The notes under the pieces: model-generated
The model's database searches: none
The model's input: the letters and a program-made list of their open reading frames with translations, nothing else
Told to the model about the DNA's origin: nothing
In this document: piece by piece, positions 25,941 to 40,636 of the stretch
Layout of the letters: each line of letters starts with the position of its first letter
How positions within the stretch are numbered: position 1 is the stretch's first letter
Origin: Guillardia theta CCMP2712
Taxonomy: Eukaryota; Protista; Cryptophyta
Reading direction: 5' to 3'
NCBI RefSeq assembly: GCF_000315625.1
Contig: NW_005434673.1
Coordinates: 1,069,012-1,133,011, forward strand
DNA length: 64,000 nucleotides
Made by a program: the position numbers and the translations under genes

Positions 25941-26661
25941 GAGGAGGAGATCAGATCCTACATGTTTGGGCTGCTGCTACCCCGAGGTCATGGCCTGCAC
26001 CTTGTCAGGCTGCATTCCTTGCGCGTACAAGCTCGTCGTGCAGCCTTTCATCAAGCACGAGCAGCCGGTTCAGGCCGAACCGTCGGCCCGAAGAATGCAT
26101 CCGCATGCGAGCAGCATCAAGCTCGCCTCCTGCAGCAAGCTCGCCGCTGCCAGCGACCTAGCTGCTCTCCTCCCCAAGTCCTCCATCCTCACAGTAGGCG
26201 ACGGTGACCTGACCTTCTCCATCAACAGGACGCGGGAGGTTTCCGACATGGGATGCCGTCACTTATGTCTGGAGATGCACGTCGAGGAGCGAGAAGGAGG
26301 AGGAGATGGGAGGGAGAGGAGCGCAGGAGCGGGTGGCGCTGATGCATCTGCTACGAAGGGAGGGCATGATCGACAGGCTGAGCGAGGAGGCGAGGAGACA
26401 GCGGAGCAGCAGCAGCAGCAGAGGTGAGACGAGGAGGCGTGGTGAGGAGAGAAGTCTTAGTCTGTTGCAGGCAGCGGAGAGGAGAGGGGGTGCGTGCTCG
26501 ACAAGGCGGGAGTGCACGAGCTGGAGGAGGAGGTGGTGGTGTGCGACGGGATGATCCGGCTGAGCGACAAGGTGAAGGATTGCTGTGGGAGGTACGAGGA
26601 TCTCAAGGGTGTCGTGCTGCAGATCTTGGACTCGATCTGCAAGCTGCTGCTTCTTGGATGA
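25941..26661 (+). pseudogene. Inverted, internally deleted and frameshifted copy of the BMT5-like gene
   Basis: Matches 25035-25379 (reverse complement) up to GDGDLTFS at 26222, then a 2-nt 'CA' filler, then resumes at the equivalent of 24284. About 750 bp of the catalytic core is missing and the frame shifts. Confidence 0.85.
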
Positions 26662-26982
26662 GAGAGTTATCAGCTCGCATGTCACTGTAGCGCTTGCATG
26701 CCGTCTTCAATCAATCTCGTCTCATGTCCTCTGTGCCCGGCAAGGGAGATCTTGTCCTGTCGTGGAATCAGCGTGTAGGAGACAGCAGCGAGTGACGCAT
26801 GTTAAGACAGCGATGGTCAGACTCTGCTGGATCAACCGCAAGCAATCAAGACAATGAAGCCGTAATACGAATAGACTACAAGGAAGCTACAGACATCATA
26901 CTGTGAGACATGACAAGATCGTGCTCGCTGTCACATTCTCTCTAACGTCTTTCCTGTTAATCTCGCTCCTCTCTCGTCTCCC

Positions 26983-29900
26983 TCATACTTCGCTTGACTC
27001 CGCCAGGGGCAGCTCTGCGGCAGCCCGTCGCTCGTCTTCCTCCTCTACCTCCACAGGCTGGATGTCAGGGGATGCTGGTTCCTGAAGCGAGCTCGCCACC
27101 TCCTCCGGCGCTGCATCCTTAAGATCTCCCGGCTTCTTACCATCAACGATGGCTTGCAGCACTACCATGCTCGGGTCTGCCGTGTTGAGCTGCGTGCCCA
27201 TGAGCTTTCCCAGCATGGAGATCTGCTCCGGGTCGAAGTGGGAGAGCAACTTCTTCCTCGTCTCCTCCTCCATCCTCGCTCTCTCCTTCTCCCTCTGCAG
27301 CCGCAGCTTCCTCTTCTCCAAGTACCTCGACAGGAGGGTGCGGGAGTGCGCGATGCGTCGCTTCTGCTCGAGCTCTATGGTGATGTCTCTGACCTCCGCG
27401 CCGCTCACCGGGGAGGCGGTGGTGGCGATGCGCATGATGGAGTGAGTCCTGCTCATGTCGTAGCGCAGGTACCCCAGCGACACCGACGGCCAGAAGTCTT
27501 GCACTCGCTTGCCGAGAGTATGGAACATCACGTAGAACGCGACGCAGCGCTGCATGGACGCGATCCTCGACTCGTACAGCCGCATCGCCACGGTCTGCGA
27601 GTTGACGAGCTCCATGAGAGGCGTCCCCTCCATCTCCTTCTCCAGCAGCTCCCCGTAGTAGTTCTCCTCCATCAGCACGCGCATGCTCTTGTTGTGCAGC
27701 TCTCCCAGCAGCGACTTCATCTCTTTCTTCGACTTCTTCCGGTGCAACTTCCCCTCGTTCATGAGCTCCACCAGCTCATGAGTGTGCTCGCTCACGTCCA
27801 TCAGGCCATGCCCTGTCTCCTCGGGGGATCGAATGGAGATGCTGCAGTCGTTGCCTCCTGTTGCTTGTCCGTCAGCCCCGCCACAAGACGACGGAGAGGA
27901 GGATGGATGGAGGGATGGAAGGGGAGACGGAGACAACAAACGAGGGGAGGGGAGGAGCCGCAAGACGTAGCATCCAAGAGGAGCAGCAGAAGCAGCAGGA
28001 CGAGAGTGTACAGGAGGCAGCAGGCAACACCTTGATTGAGGGAGACGTGGGATGTGACAGTGCCGTCCATCTTCGTTGTTTCCGTGTCATCTATCACTGA
28101 CTTCTTCCTCTGTAAAACAAAAGAAGAAAAAATCGTTTCTCAGCTTGCCGGCTGCTGGACAGCTGCTGGACTTACCCTCCTCATGTTCCTCTTCTTGATG
28201 TTGGAGTATGCTCCGAGGATGACCCCGCTACTCGTGTGTCACATCAAGCCCAGAAGCCTCGCGACTCACCTGCTAGACTTGTTGAGAAAATCCTTGCCGA
28301 ACTCTCGCTGCAGCGCGTGTTCGCAGATGAACTGCAGATGCAACTGTGAGATGAGATACTGCTGCTGCTCAAGGACTACAAAGAGCAACAGCAAGCCAGC
28401 AAAGCTGGAGAAGCACGACAAAGAGCAGAGGACATGCACGCCGGAGGACAGAAAGAGAGAGAGAGAGAGAGAGGGGCAGCGGCAGCGGCTCGCCTGCTTG
28501 CGGAAGCTCTTGAGGAAGACAGCATGGGCAGACAGCGAGAGCTTGTAGGGGTTGTGCCCGATGGTCAGGCTCTCGCATGTCGACCCGATGCTCTGGATGG
28601 AGGAGGCCTGGTTGACGGACAGGCAGGCGGAGGCCTCGGCTGACGTCAAGGCGATCAGCCGCCCGTCGGGTCTGCCGCAAGCCAGTAGGCATCCTCTGAC
28701 CACCCGGTGGGTCATCCTGTGCACGAGGTGGTCCGAGGGGTTGGCGCTGTAGACGTTGAGGCTGGTGGCGCTATAGGCGCAGGCGAAGAGCTTGCTCACG
28801 TATGCCTCGACGCTCTGAGCCACCCAGGGGATGTCGGCGATGACGAGCGAGCGAGAGGTCATGCGATGCTTGAGGGGACGACCCTGCAGCAGGCGGAGGA
28901 GGAGGATGGTCCACTGCGGGAGGAAGATGTAGATGAGAGAGTCGAAGACGTTGATGATGTAAGTGGCCCACCACTGCCTTGACCGATCCAGACCGCATGC
29001 TCCCGCTATTCCAATAAGCAGGGGATAGCTGCTCACCAGCGTCCCAAGGATGTAGCAGAAGGACAGCATCCACGACATGGGTACTTCAAGCACATGGAGC
29101 GACCAGTACCTTCCTCTCTTCTTGAGCTCCTCGGACGTGTACGTCGGGCATGCGATGCCGTTCCTGTCGTACCCGACGATGTCCTCCATCGCCGTGAAGT
29201 TCTCGGCATGCAGCTCCTCAAGCACCTTCACGTCCTCTACCGTGTACTTCCCTCCGCTCGCTTCCTCCATGCCGTCAAGCTGCACCTTCTTCATGAGGTA
29301 GATGAGCAGCTGGGTCAGCAGCTGGTGGGAGGCAACGACGCTGACGGTGCAGGGCTCAGCTGGGCGGATCCCGACCTCGGTGGAGAAGGTGGAGCACTTG
29401 AAGTCCCACATACCGGCCGGGTTGAGCTGCCGCAGCTGCTTGCCTATCTGCGTGTCGCTCTCGGACGCGACGACAAAGATGACTTCGGTGTAGGCGCGGA
29501 GGAGGTTGGCGACAGCGAGGGAGCCGAAGGTGCCGCCGCTGTGGCTGACGATGAGGACGATGGTGTTGGTGAGCTTCCAGCTCTCCTCGTTGAACTGATG
29601 GCCCGTCTGAGGGACCGCAAACTCCTGACCAAACAGGCCCAGCAGCTTGTTGGAGGAGATGACCCGCACTGAGATGCGCGGAAACACCTGCGCGAGGTCG
29701 GACGCGAACTGCTCCGCGACCCACAGAGACACTTCGCAGCCCGTGAGCAGAACGTCGATGGAGCCATCGTGAGTGCCGGCCTCGTACCGCTTGAGCCTCT
29801 TGATCAGCTCCCGCGAGAACCACCAGGACGTGACGCAGTTGACGCTGTTGCCCTCGTCCCAGTCTTGCTGGATCTTGTTGAGCACGTATGGGATGTCTGC

Positions 29901-32900
29901 GATGTCCTTCCCTACTGGGTCTGGGTACACGGGCGGAAGCGGCTTGATCAGCGGGTTGTCGTGGAGGCGCACAAGTCGCTTCTTGAAGATTCCCAGCTTG
30001 CCAAGAGTCTCCTGAGACAGCGTGATGGTCAGCTTGTTGTCCATGAGCTGATGCACCGGCAACTCCTCCGTCATGGCAGATCGCGTCGCTTTTCCTGTCC
30101 CCCAGTCCACCAGGCAGACCTGCTCTGTCGTCAACGGACAGACGAGCAGGAGGAGGCAAGAAGAGATAGTCTACAGTAGAGTAGTAGGGTAGAGAAGAGG
30201 AGGTTGAAGCAAGTAAGAGAGACAAGGGTAAAGCAATAAGGCAGAGGCAGGCGGAATGAAGGAAGCGATCATCAAGCAAAGCAGCAGCAGGTCTCCCGTA
30301 CCTCGCCTCCCAGGTCGTCCAAGTCAAGACGAACGGCTCCATCATCTTCGTGTCCGGCTCCTGGGCCGGCAGCGTCAGAGAGGAGCAGGAGCAAGAGTTG
30401 AGGTTACCTTCGTATCCGCAACGGCTGCACTCATGGACGGCAACGAAGTGCTTCGAGTCTCCTGATCACGAATGAGGATAACAAAATTTCAATGCGACGA
30501 AGGAACTGAAGAGGTAGAGGTAGAGGTGAAGGTAGAGGTAGAGGTAGAGGTAGAGGTAGAGGTAGAGGTAGAGGTAGAGGTAGAGATAGAGGTAGAGGTA
30601 GAGGTAGAGATAGAGGTAGAGGTAGAGATAGAGGTGAAGGTAGAGGTAGAGGTAGAGGTAGAGGTAGAGGTAGAGGTAGAGGTAGAGATAGAGGTAGAGG
30701 TAGATCACAACGTGCATTTTCACCAAGAGCCAAAGCAAAAGGTAGACACAGAGGTTGCTCTGTTCACTCACCCACAAGCGCTGCCTTCACCGCCGCTTGC
30801 TCAGACCCCCAAAGCTGTGCTGATGTCAACCCACGCCCACATGTTGTGCTTGACTTCTCTCACCACCACTCCCGAGTTGGGATAGAAGGCTAGAGAAATC
30901 GTTTGACCCCTTGCCGCCAACACGATTTGTCGCTGGTTGTGCGGGTCAGAATAGCGACAGAGGACAAGAAGCAAAAGCGAGGTAGAGCTGAGCAGAGAGC
31001 GAGGTAGAGCTGAGCAGAGAGCGAGGTAGAGCTAAGTAGAGCATGGCAACGCTGACGGTAGACAAGACAGCAACAGAAAGTCATCACGGCTATTGTGTCT
31101 CACATGGGAATCAAGCGAGCAGGAGACGCACAGTCCGAAGGATCCCTTGGCCCGTGACAGGAAGAACCTGGTGGCCTGACCACAATCATCACCTCCCATG
31201 CAGAGATCACGCCACCAACATCCGTAACACACCTGGAACAGATCTTGGTCGAAGAACGCATCTACAGCTGTGTTGACAAGGCGATTCACATCTCCGCTCT
31301 CTGCATTCAGTCCCAGAATCTGTCTACGATATCAATACTGACAACATCGCAGCCTGACGACCTTCTTTGACCCGAACGCCTCGACGAGGTTTGACTTGAC
31401 CTCCTGCCTGCAAGACAACCAACATCATGGCAATGAACAGGCAATCACTACCAGATCTCATCGCTCACCTCAAGATCCTTCGATCCATCTTTGCAGTTTG
31501 GACAGTCTTCTGAAAGACATCATCGGCGATTCTCGCCAGAGAGACGAAAGCTTCCTACACGCCAACGATTATTTGATTCAAACAGCCTACACGCCTGACC
31601 TTGGGAGGGACTTCATACTTGAGAGATGTGCGTTCAGGGCCGAACAGAAAGCCGAACCGAAGGGAATGAAACCAGAGCCCCTGACTCGCGAGTCAGCAGC
31701 TCCTCGGCCCCAGCAGGGTGCCGCATCACTCCACCTGCGTCCTCATCACGTCCATGACTCCCGCGACTCCCGCGCTGTCAACGGTCGACGGGCACGGGTG
31801 ATAGCTAGAGGCCATCGTCATGCGCTATCCTGCCACCAGCCATACCTACTTGACTCGGGCCAACCACTCCATGATGTCCTCCAGAGGGTACGTCGAGCCT
31901 CCCAGCTCGAGAGCATCGAAGTCTCCATTGTGACAGATGTAGACCTGAGAAAATCTCAAGACGTCAAAGCGATCGCATTCACCACATCACATGAGACGTC
32001 GGTATCATCACATCACATGAGATGTCGATCAGTTGTTACCTCAACATTCTTCGTCGTCTTCATCCATGACGTCTTGTCCTCCCAGAAGGTGTAGTCCGCG
32101 GCTGGCGTCCATTGATGTGGGTGCTGCATCGGAGGATCAGCAGCAGGAGCAACACATCCACGTCCTTACCGTTCCATCAAGAGAAGCTTTCGATGACGTC
32201 GCAAACCTCGTGTGCCCCGCATACACTCGAACGTCGTCGCGGAGCCCGTAGCGGAGGCTTGCCCAGAGCTGGTCGTGCCACAACTATCGCAGGCGGTGAG
32301 GGACAACAGCAAGCAGTGGACAGGAGGGGAACCTTGGAAGTGACGAGCTCAGATAGATCTGTTCGCTTGCCGTTGACTACTCGACTTCTGATTCCCTTGA
32401 GCCCATCCTTCTTCGGCACATAGGTGACAATCCCTCCAGACTGCGCGCCTCGCATCATGGTGATTCGAACCATGGTCTTGAGGAAAGAGTACACTTGTCC
32501 TCTCTTCTCCTTGTCGAATATGATGATTCCAAAGTTCCCACAGTGAAAAACTTCATCGCTTGCTGACCCGTGATGTATGCCAAGCAGGTCGGAGCACAAC
32601 GAGTCAATCAAGGTAAAGAAAGCTGCTATCTTGCAAGATCCGCTGAAGCCCCTCGCGCAGACGACCAAAGTCACCGCCATGCTTCCTATCCATCCTGCAT
32701 GACGTATGAGAGTTGACCGCCATCCCTCAGCCCCCTTGATTGTCACGCGCTGATGCAGCAAGGCGTCCACAAAGTTGCTAATTCGCAGAGAGCGGTGGGC
32801 AAGGCCGACGAGAGCAGCAGCAAGCAGATGAAATGCCTCGTGCAGAGCAAGAAAAAGAGTGTAAAAGGAGGAGAAAGATATCATCTCTCCCAACAGAGTG

Positions 32901-33127
32901 CACAGTCGGTGATATGCTGTCTGCCCATGGACATTCTCCTTGGTAAAATCGTCGAACAAGAAGCTTTCCGGAGCCTTGGGAGCTGTGGAGCTCGAGTGGA
33001 AATAGCTCTGGAAGGCCTGAAATGTGAACGAGGAATGAGATACGAGGAGGAGAGCGTGAGAGATCAGCAGGAGCAGCAGAGCCGCCGCGTGCTGCTGCCA
33101 TCGCAAGGCTCTCCGCGTTACCGCCAT
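26983..33127 (-). CDS. M50B-like + GATase-2 + SIS fusion protein, copy 2 (apparently intact)
   Basis: Same motifs as copy 1. The uninterrupted ORF 28266..30134 includes the TM segment hidden by Ns in copy 1 (LIGIAGACGLDRSRQWWATYIINVFDSLIYIFLPQWTILLL). Confidence 0.8.
30510..30703. repeat. (AGGTAG)n intronic array, mirror of 19548-19997
   Basis: Directly visible. Confidence 0.95.
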
Positions 33128-33581
33128 TGCCTGGGGAAAAGATTCTTCAAGTGGGAGGGCCCGATAAGGCCATAAAGGTGCCATATACTTACTACGGTAG
33201 GTACCGGTAGGTATTGTAGGGCGGTAGAGTCGCAATCTCATGGCTGTTGGAGTTCGGGAGGGGTTGTGTGAAGGGGGAGAGACGGTAGGGTCATCAAAAG
33301 TTAACCAGTGCACGAGAAGAGGTAGAGCAGGTACGTATCGTATACTACCGAAGTTACCGTACTGTAGATACGTACTAGAAGTTAAGTCAAAAATCAGTCA
33401 TGGCCCACTGCCATGTCACCGCTCCGGGGCCCGCCGGCAAAGAACTTCGAAGCAACTACGGGACTAAGTCACTGATACTCCTGCAGGATGACGCGTTGCG
33501 CTTTCTGTGGCAGCTGAAACGGCAGCGTTGAGATGTCTCAGGTGATGCAACTTGTAAACACATCCGGTCCAGGATCTTCCG

Positions 33582-34350
33582 TCAGCTCAAGGCTTCCCTG
33601 TGCTTCCCTGTCAAGTAAGCCAGCACGCCAAGTTGTGAGTTTAGCAGAAGACGATGTAGTTTTTTAGCACCATTGACTGTTCGTTGCACATCCTCTCGAG
33701 GAAGGGCAGGGAAGAGAATGCTCGAGAAGATCCTCTTGTGCTGTCTACGCTTTCTAAGAATCGCTAGCCATGATGACGTTGAGTTGCCCCTAAGTTGCTG
33801 CGAATCTTCCTTGAGTTCAGCAGAGATGAGCTCTAGGTCCTGCAGGAGCAAGGTGTGTTTGACTTCGTCATCTTTCTAGTACCTCCTCCCGCTTCTGAGA
33901 AGAACCCTGGTTGGGAGGAGGATGACCCATTTGGCCCTTTCGAAGGAGGTGTCTCTGAACATCAAAGGATCGAAGGAAGAGTGATTAGTGAAGCTTTAGC
34001 GAAACATTTCACGCTTGAGCTCGATGCTCCAGATCGTTACGACTATGGACCGAAGGAAAGAAAAGAAGGAGAGCGACTTAAGTGTTGGTTCAGAGATGAG
34101 GAGAAGCAACCCTTGGAGCTCTCATGCTCAAGAAGCGAGGAAGCCAAAAGATGAAAGGATGGTGAAGCAGCAGGAGAAAAAGTGTAATGAGGTTGGAATT
34201 GTACTGGATGAAGTCATGAGGATGTTTCCTTCAGTGCCTGCTGCGGAGGAGGGGGAGCGGAGGCTGGAGATGAAGGAGCTGATGAAGCTCCATCGTCTGT
34301 CTCCTCGTCCTCCAAACCTTCTTGATATCTGATCCTTGGCGATCTCGAGA
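33582..34350 (-). other. Possible coding remnant of unknown function downstream of the inverted Kelch copy
   Basis: Protein-like ORF LLLQDLELISAELKEDSQQLRG...HREALS*; competing plus-strand ORFs exist, so the strand is uncertain. Confidence 0.3.
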
Positions 34351-34352
34351 GG

Positions 34353-35270
34353 CACATCAACAGCCTTGGCGAAGATCTCCCACTCTGCTCTCGCAGCCCT
34401 GGAGAAGAACTCGGGTGAGCACGTGAACGTGCAGGGTGCGGGAGCGGAGGGTCTGGGAGAGGAGGATCGAGAAGGAGTAGACGGAAAGGAGGAGGGAGAG
34501 GGAAGGAGCGAGAAGAGGGAAGGAGAAGAGAGAGGGAGGAGAGGGAGGGAGAAGAGGGAGAAGAGAGAGATGGCCAAGGCAAGGGAGGGAGACGAGAGGA
34601 AGGAAGGGGATGAGGAACAAGTCCGTGTGGGGGGAGCTACTTGCCCGTCGTGTCTGCTCGCGTTCGCTGCCGAGAAGTTCCCGCTGAGGATGTCAAGCCG
34701 TGACCGATGATCGCTCAGGATCTTGGTCTCCCCGGACTTCTGCTCGTTCTCCAGGTCAAACTGCAGCGCGTCCAGACGGACACAGGCAAAGTTGGTGAGC
34801 GCCTTAGGCAGTCGGAGAGCGGCTGGGGACGTCTGCTCGCCTGCCCTTGGGGAGGAGGTGACTTCAGTCCACTCCTCCTGCTGGGGATCGTAGCGCTCGA
34901 TGGAGGAGTCGACTCCATCCCTGGTCCGACCGCCGAGGGCGAGGATGCAACCATGATCCGGCAGCGCCATGAGCTTGTGGTTGGCGCGAGCTCGCGACAT
35001 CCTCCTCGCAGAGCTCCAGCGGGGGGGGAAGGTGGAGGGGTCGAAGGCCTCGACTGTGTCCTCCATGTCGGGCGTGTAGGAGTAGCCGCCTGAATGGCAA
35101 TGAGCAAGACCATCTCCTTGGACGTTCGTTCATGCTGCCTGGCCCTGAAGACGAGTCCGCCCATGCGCCAGGTTGAGATCGGAGAGAGAGGAGGAGAGGA
35201 GAGGGCAAGCGGAGAGGGGAAGACAAGGATGCGGGGATGTAGGGGGATGGGGGGGAGGAAAGGAGGGCCT
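34353..35270 (-). pseudogene. Inverted, internally deleted partial copy of the Kelch gene
   Basis: 34353-35094 is the near-identical reverse complement of 36559-37300. 35095-35270 is a diverged copy of about 35440-35592. About 966 bp (35593-36558) is absent, and the upstream ATG frame (MVLLIAIQAATP) is out of phase with the Kelch frame. Confidence 0.85.
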
Positions 35271-35554
35271 GGATCCGCCCCTTGAAATAATTTCAATTTC
35301 ACCCTCTCCCGTGTGCTCCCCCTTCGCTTCTCCCCTCGCGACCCTCGTCTCCTCGCTTCTCGCCCGCCTTCCATTCTTCGACCCCTGGGCCTCCAGTCTA
35401 CTCTTCTCCTCTCAACGTTGCCACTACTCTCACTCCCCCTCTTCCCCTCCTCGCATCCTCGCATCCCTGCCTTGTCCTCTCCTCTCCTGCACTCACTCCG
35501 CTCTCAACATGGAGCATGGCGCATCGCGTCTCCTGGGACAAGCAGCATGAGAGC

Positions 35555-37796
35555 ATGTCCGTGCCCATTGGGAGGGTCTTGCTCATCGCCATCTTGTGCG
35601 AGTGTCTGTGGGAATCTTTGCATGGAAGCCATGTCGCGCCGCTTCCTCCGGCCAAGAACATGGAGGGAGAGAAGAGGACAAGGAGGCCCAGGGCTGCGAG
35701 CGGCAAGCAGAGACAGACGGAGGTTCACGAGGGCTCTATCGTCATACTGGGAGGGAGGGGGTCAGAGGACAACTGCCCGTCATCTGGTGTGTTCGCTCTG
35801 GACCTCGTGTCGAGGACGTGGGCCAAGCTTCCGTCCATGAAGGCTTGTCGGTCGAGCTCCGAGTGCGTCATGCTGGGAGACTCGCTCCTCGTGTGCGGCG
35901 GCTTCGACTTTGACGTGCTCTTTACTGTCGAGTCCCTCAGATTCAAGCACTCCTTCCTCTACACCAAGGATGAAGCCTCCTCCTCCCGCCCTCCTCTGGG
36001 GCTGCTGATACCTGATAAGTCATGGACGGACTGCCCGGACATGGAGGAGACGCGCACCAAGTTCGGCGTGTGCAGCTTGAACGGTCTGCTGTGGATCGTG
36101 GGAGGGTTGGACTCAGAGGGAGAGATTCTGAGATCTGTGGAAGTCTTTGACCCTAAGGATCGCGTGTGGGTGCGAGGAGCGGCAAGCATGATGTACGCGC
36201 GGCAGAATCATGCAGTCGCTGTGCTCAACGGGAGGATCTACGCCATGGGAGGCACCTTGGAGGACGGGATGCCGACGGCTAGCGTGCGAGTCGCTCCTTC
36301 CCGCTGCTGCCGTGCTGATGTCACCTTAGGTTGAGAGTTACGACCCGGAGAGCAACACATGGAGGTTGGAAGCTCAGATGCTGCGGCCGCGAGAAGGTTT
36401 CTGCTCCTGCTTGACACTCTCTTCCTTCCTCACTCCCTTACTTTTACTCTTCCCCACTCTCCCTCCTCCCCTCCCTCCTTCCACTTGCCCTTCATGCCTG
36501 TCTGGTTGACTTGCCTGGAAGCGTTTGCTGCAGCAGTCTTCGAGCACTGCATCTTCATTTCAGGCGGCTACTCCTACACGCCCGACATGGAGGACACAGT
36601 CGAGGCCTTCGACCCCTCCACCTTCCCCCCCCGCTGGAGCTCTGCGAGGAGGATGTCGCGAGCTCGCGCCAACCACAAGCTCATGGCGCTGCCGGATCAT
36701 GGTTGCATCCTCGCCCTCGGCGGTCAGACCAGGGATGGAGTCGACTCCTCCATCGAGCGCTACGATCCCCAGCAGGAGGAGTGGACTGAAGTCACCTCCT
36801 CCCCAAGGGCAGGCGAGCAGACGTCCCCAGCTGCTCTCCGACTGCCTAAGGCGCTCACCAACTTTGCCTGTGTCCGTCTGGACGCGCTGCAGTTTGACCT
36901 GGAGAACGAGCAGAAGTCCGGGGAGACCAAGATCCTGAGCGATCATCGGTCACGGCTTGACATCCTCAGCGGGAACTTCTCGGCAGCGAACGCGAGCAGA
37001 CACGACGGGCAAGTAGCTCCCCCCACACGGACTTGTTCCTCATCCCCTTCCTTCCTCTCGTCTCCCTCCCTTGCCTTGGCCATCTCTCTCTTCTCGCTCT
37101 TCTCCCTCCCTCTCCTCCCTCTCTCTTCTCCTTCCCTCTTCTCGCTCCTTCCCTCTCCCTCCTCCTTTCCGTCTGCTCCTTCTCGATCCTCCTCTCCCAG
37201 ACCCTCCGCTCCCGCACCCTGCACGTTCACGTGCTCACCCGAGTTCTTCTCCAGGGCTGCGAGAGCAGAGTGGGAGATCTTCGCCAAGGCTGTTGATGTG
37301 ACGGGGTTATGAGCCTCTGCCCTCCTCTCACCCTCCTCTCAGGATCACTACGGCGACAAGATCACCAAGATGATAGACGAGTGCGAGGTCCCCGTCCTTC
37401 CCGTGCGTCCTCCTCCCTCTTGTGCCTCTTCCGCTGACCTTGGGCCCCCTCTGCTCTGCCACATCTCAGGACGAGCTGCGAGAGCTGGGTGGGTCTCGAA
37501 ACTAGATGGCGCTGGCTGACTTGTCTGCAGTGGACGAGGATGACGCGGCGACGAGGAAGGAGCTCGTCATCAACGCGACAGAAGATCTGGTCGGCATCGC
37601 GCTCAAGGTGAGCCGGGTAGACATGCTTGCTCCTGCTAACCTCCCGCAGGGCGACAAGAAGCTGGAGGAGGAGCTGGACAGCGAGCTGGAGCTGGAGCTG
37701 CAGAAGCTGAGGAACAGCTCGTTGATATCCAAGGCGAAGAGGAGCGGAGGGCCGAGAGGAAGGCGAGGAAGAGGTTCATTCAAGAAGTTACAATGA
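35555..37796 (+). CDS. Kelch-repeat protein, multi-exon, acidic/basic C-terminus
   Basis: Repeated GG...S-VE-F/YD-P...W...M..AR Kelch blades: IVGGLDSEGEILRSVEVFDPKDRVW, MMYARQNHAVAVLNGRIYAMGG, ILALGG..SSIERYDPQQEEW. Start may be 35516 or 35555. Confidence 0.9.
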
Positions 37797-37822
37797 AAGC
37801 GATACTCCTTTCCTTCTAGAGC

Positions 37823-40636
<2,814 letters not shown>

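Larger units (their letters stand above)
26225..33130 (-). repeat. Right main arm of large inverted duplication (pairs with 16542-24284)
   Basis: Reverse complement of the left arm with scattered SNPs and shorter repeat arrays. Confidence 0.97.

Noticed and set aside
16542-33130. Large inverted repeats as TIRs of a Polinton, virophage or foldback transposon
   Set aside because: The arms are intron-containing cellular genes; no integrase, pPolB, capsid, transposase or target-site duplication was seen.
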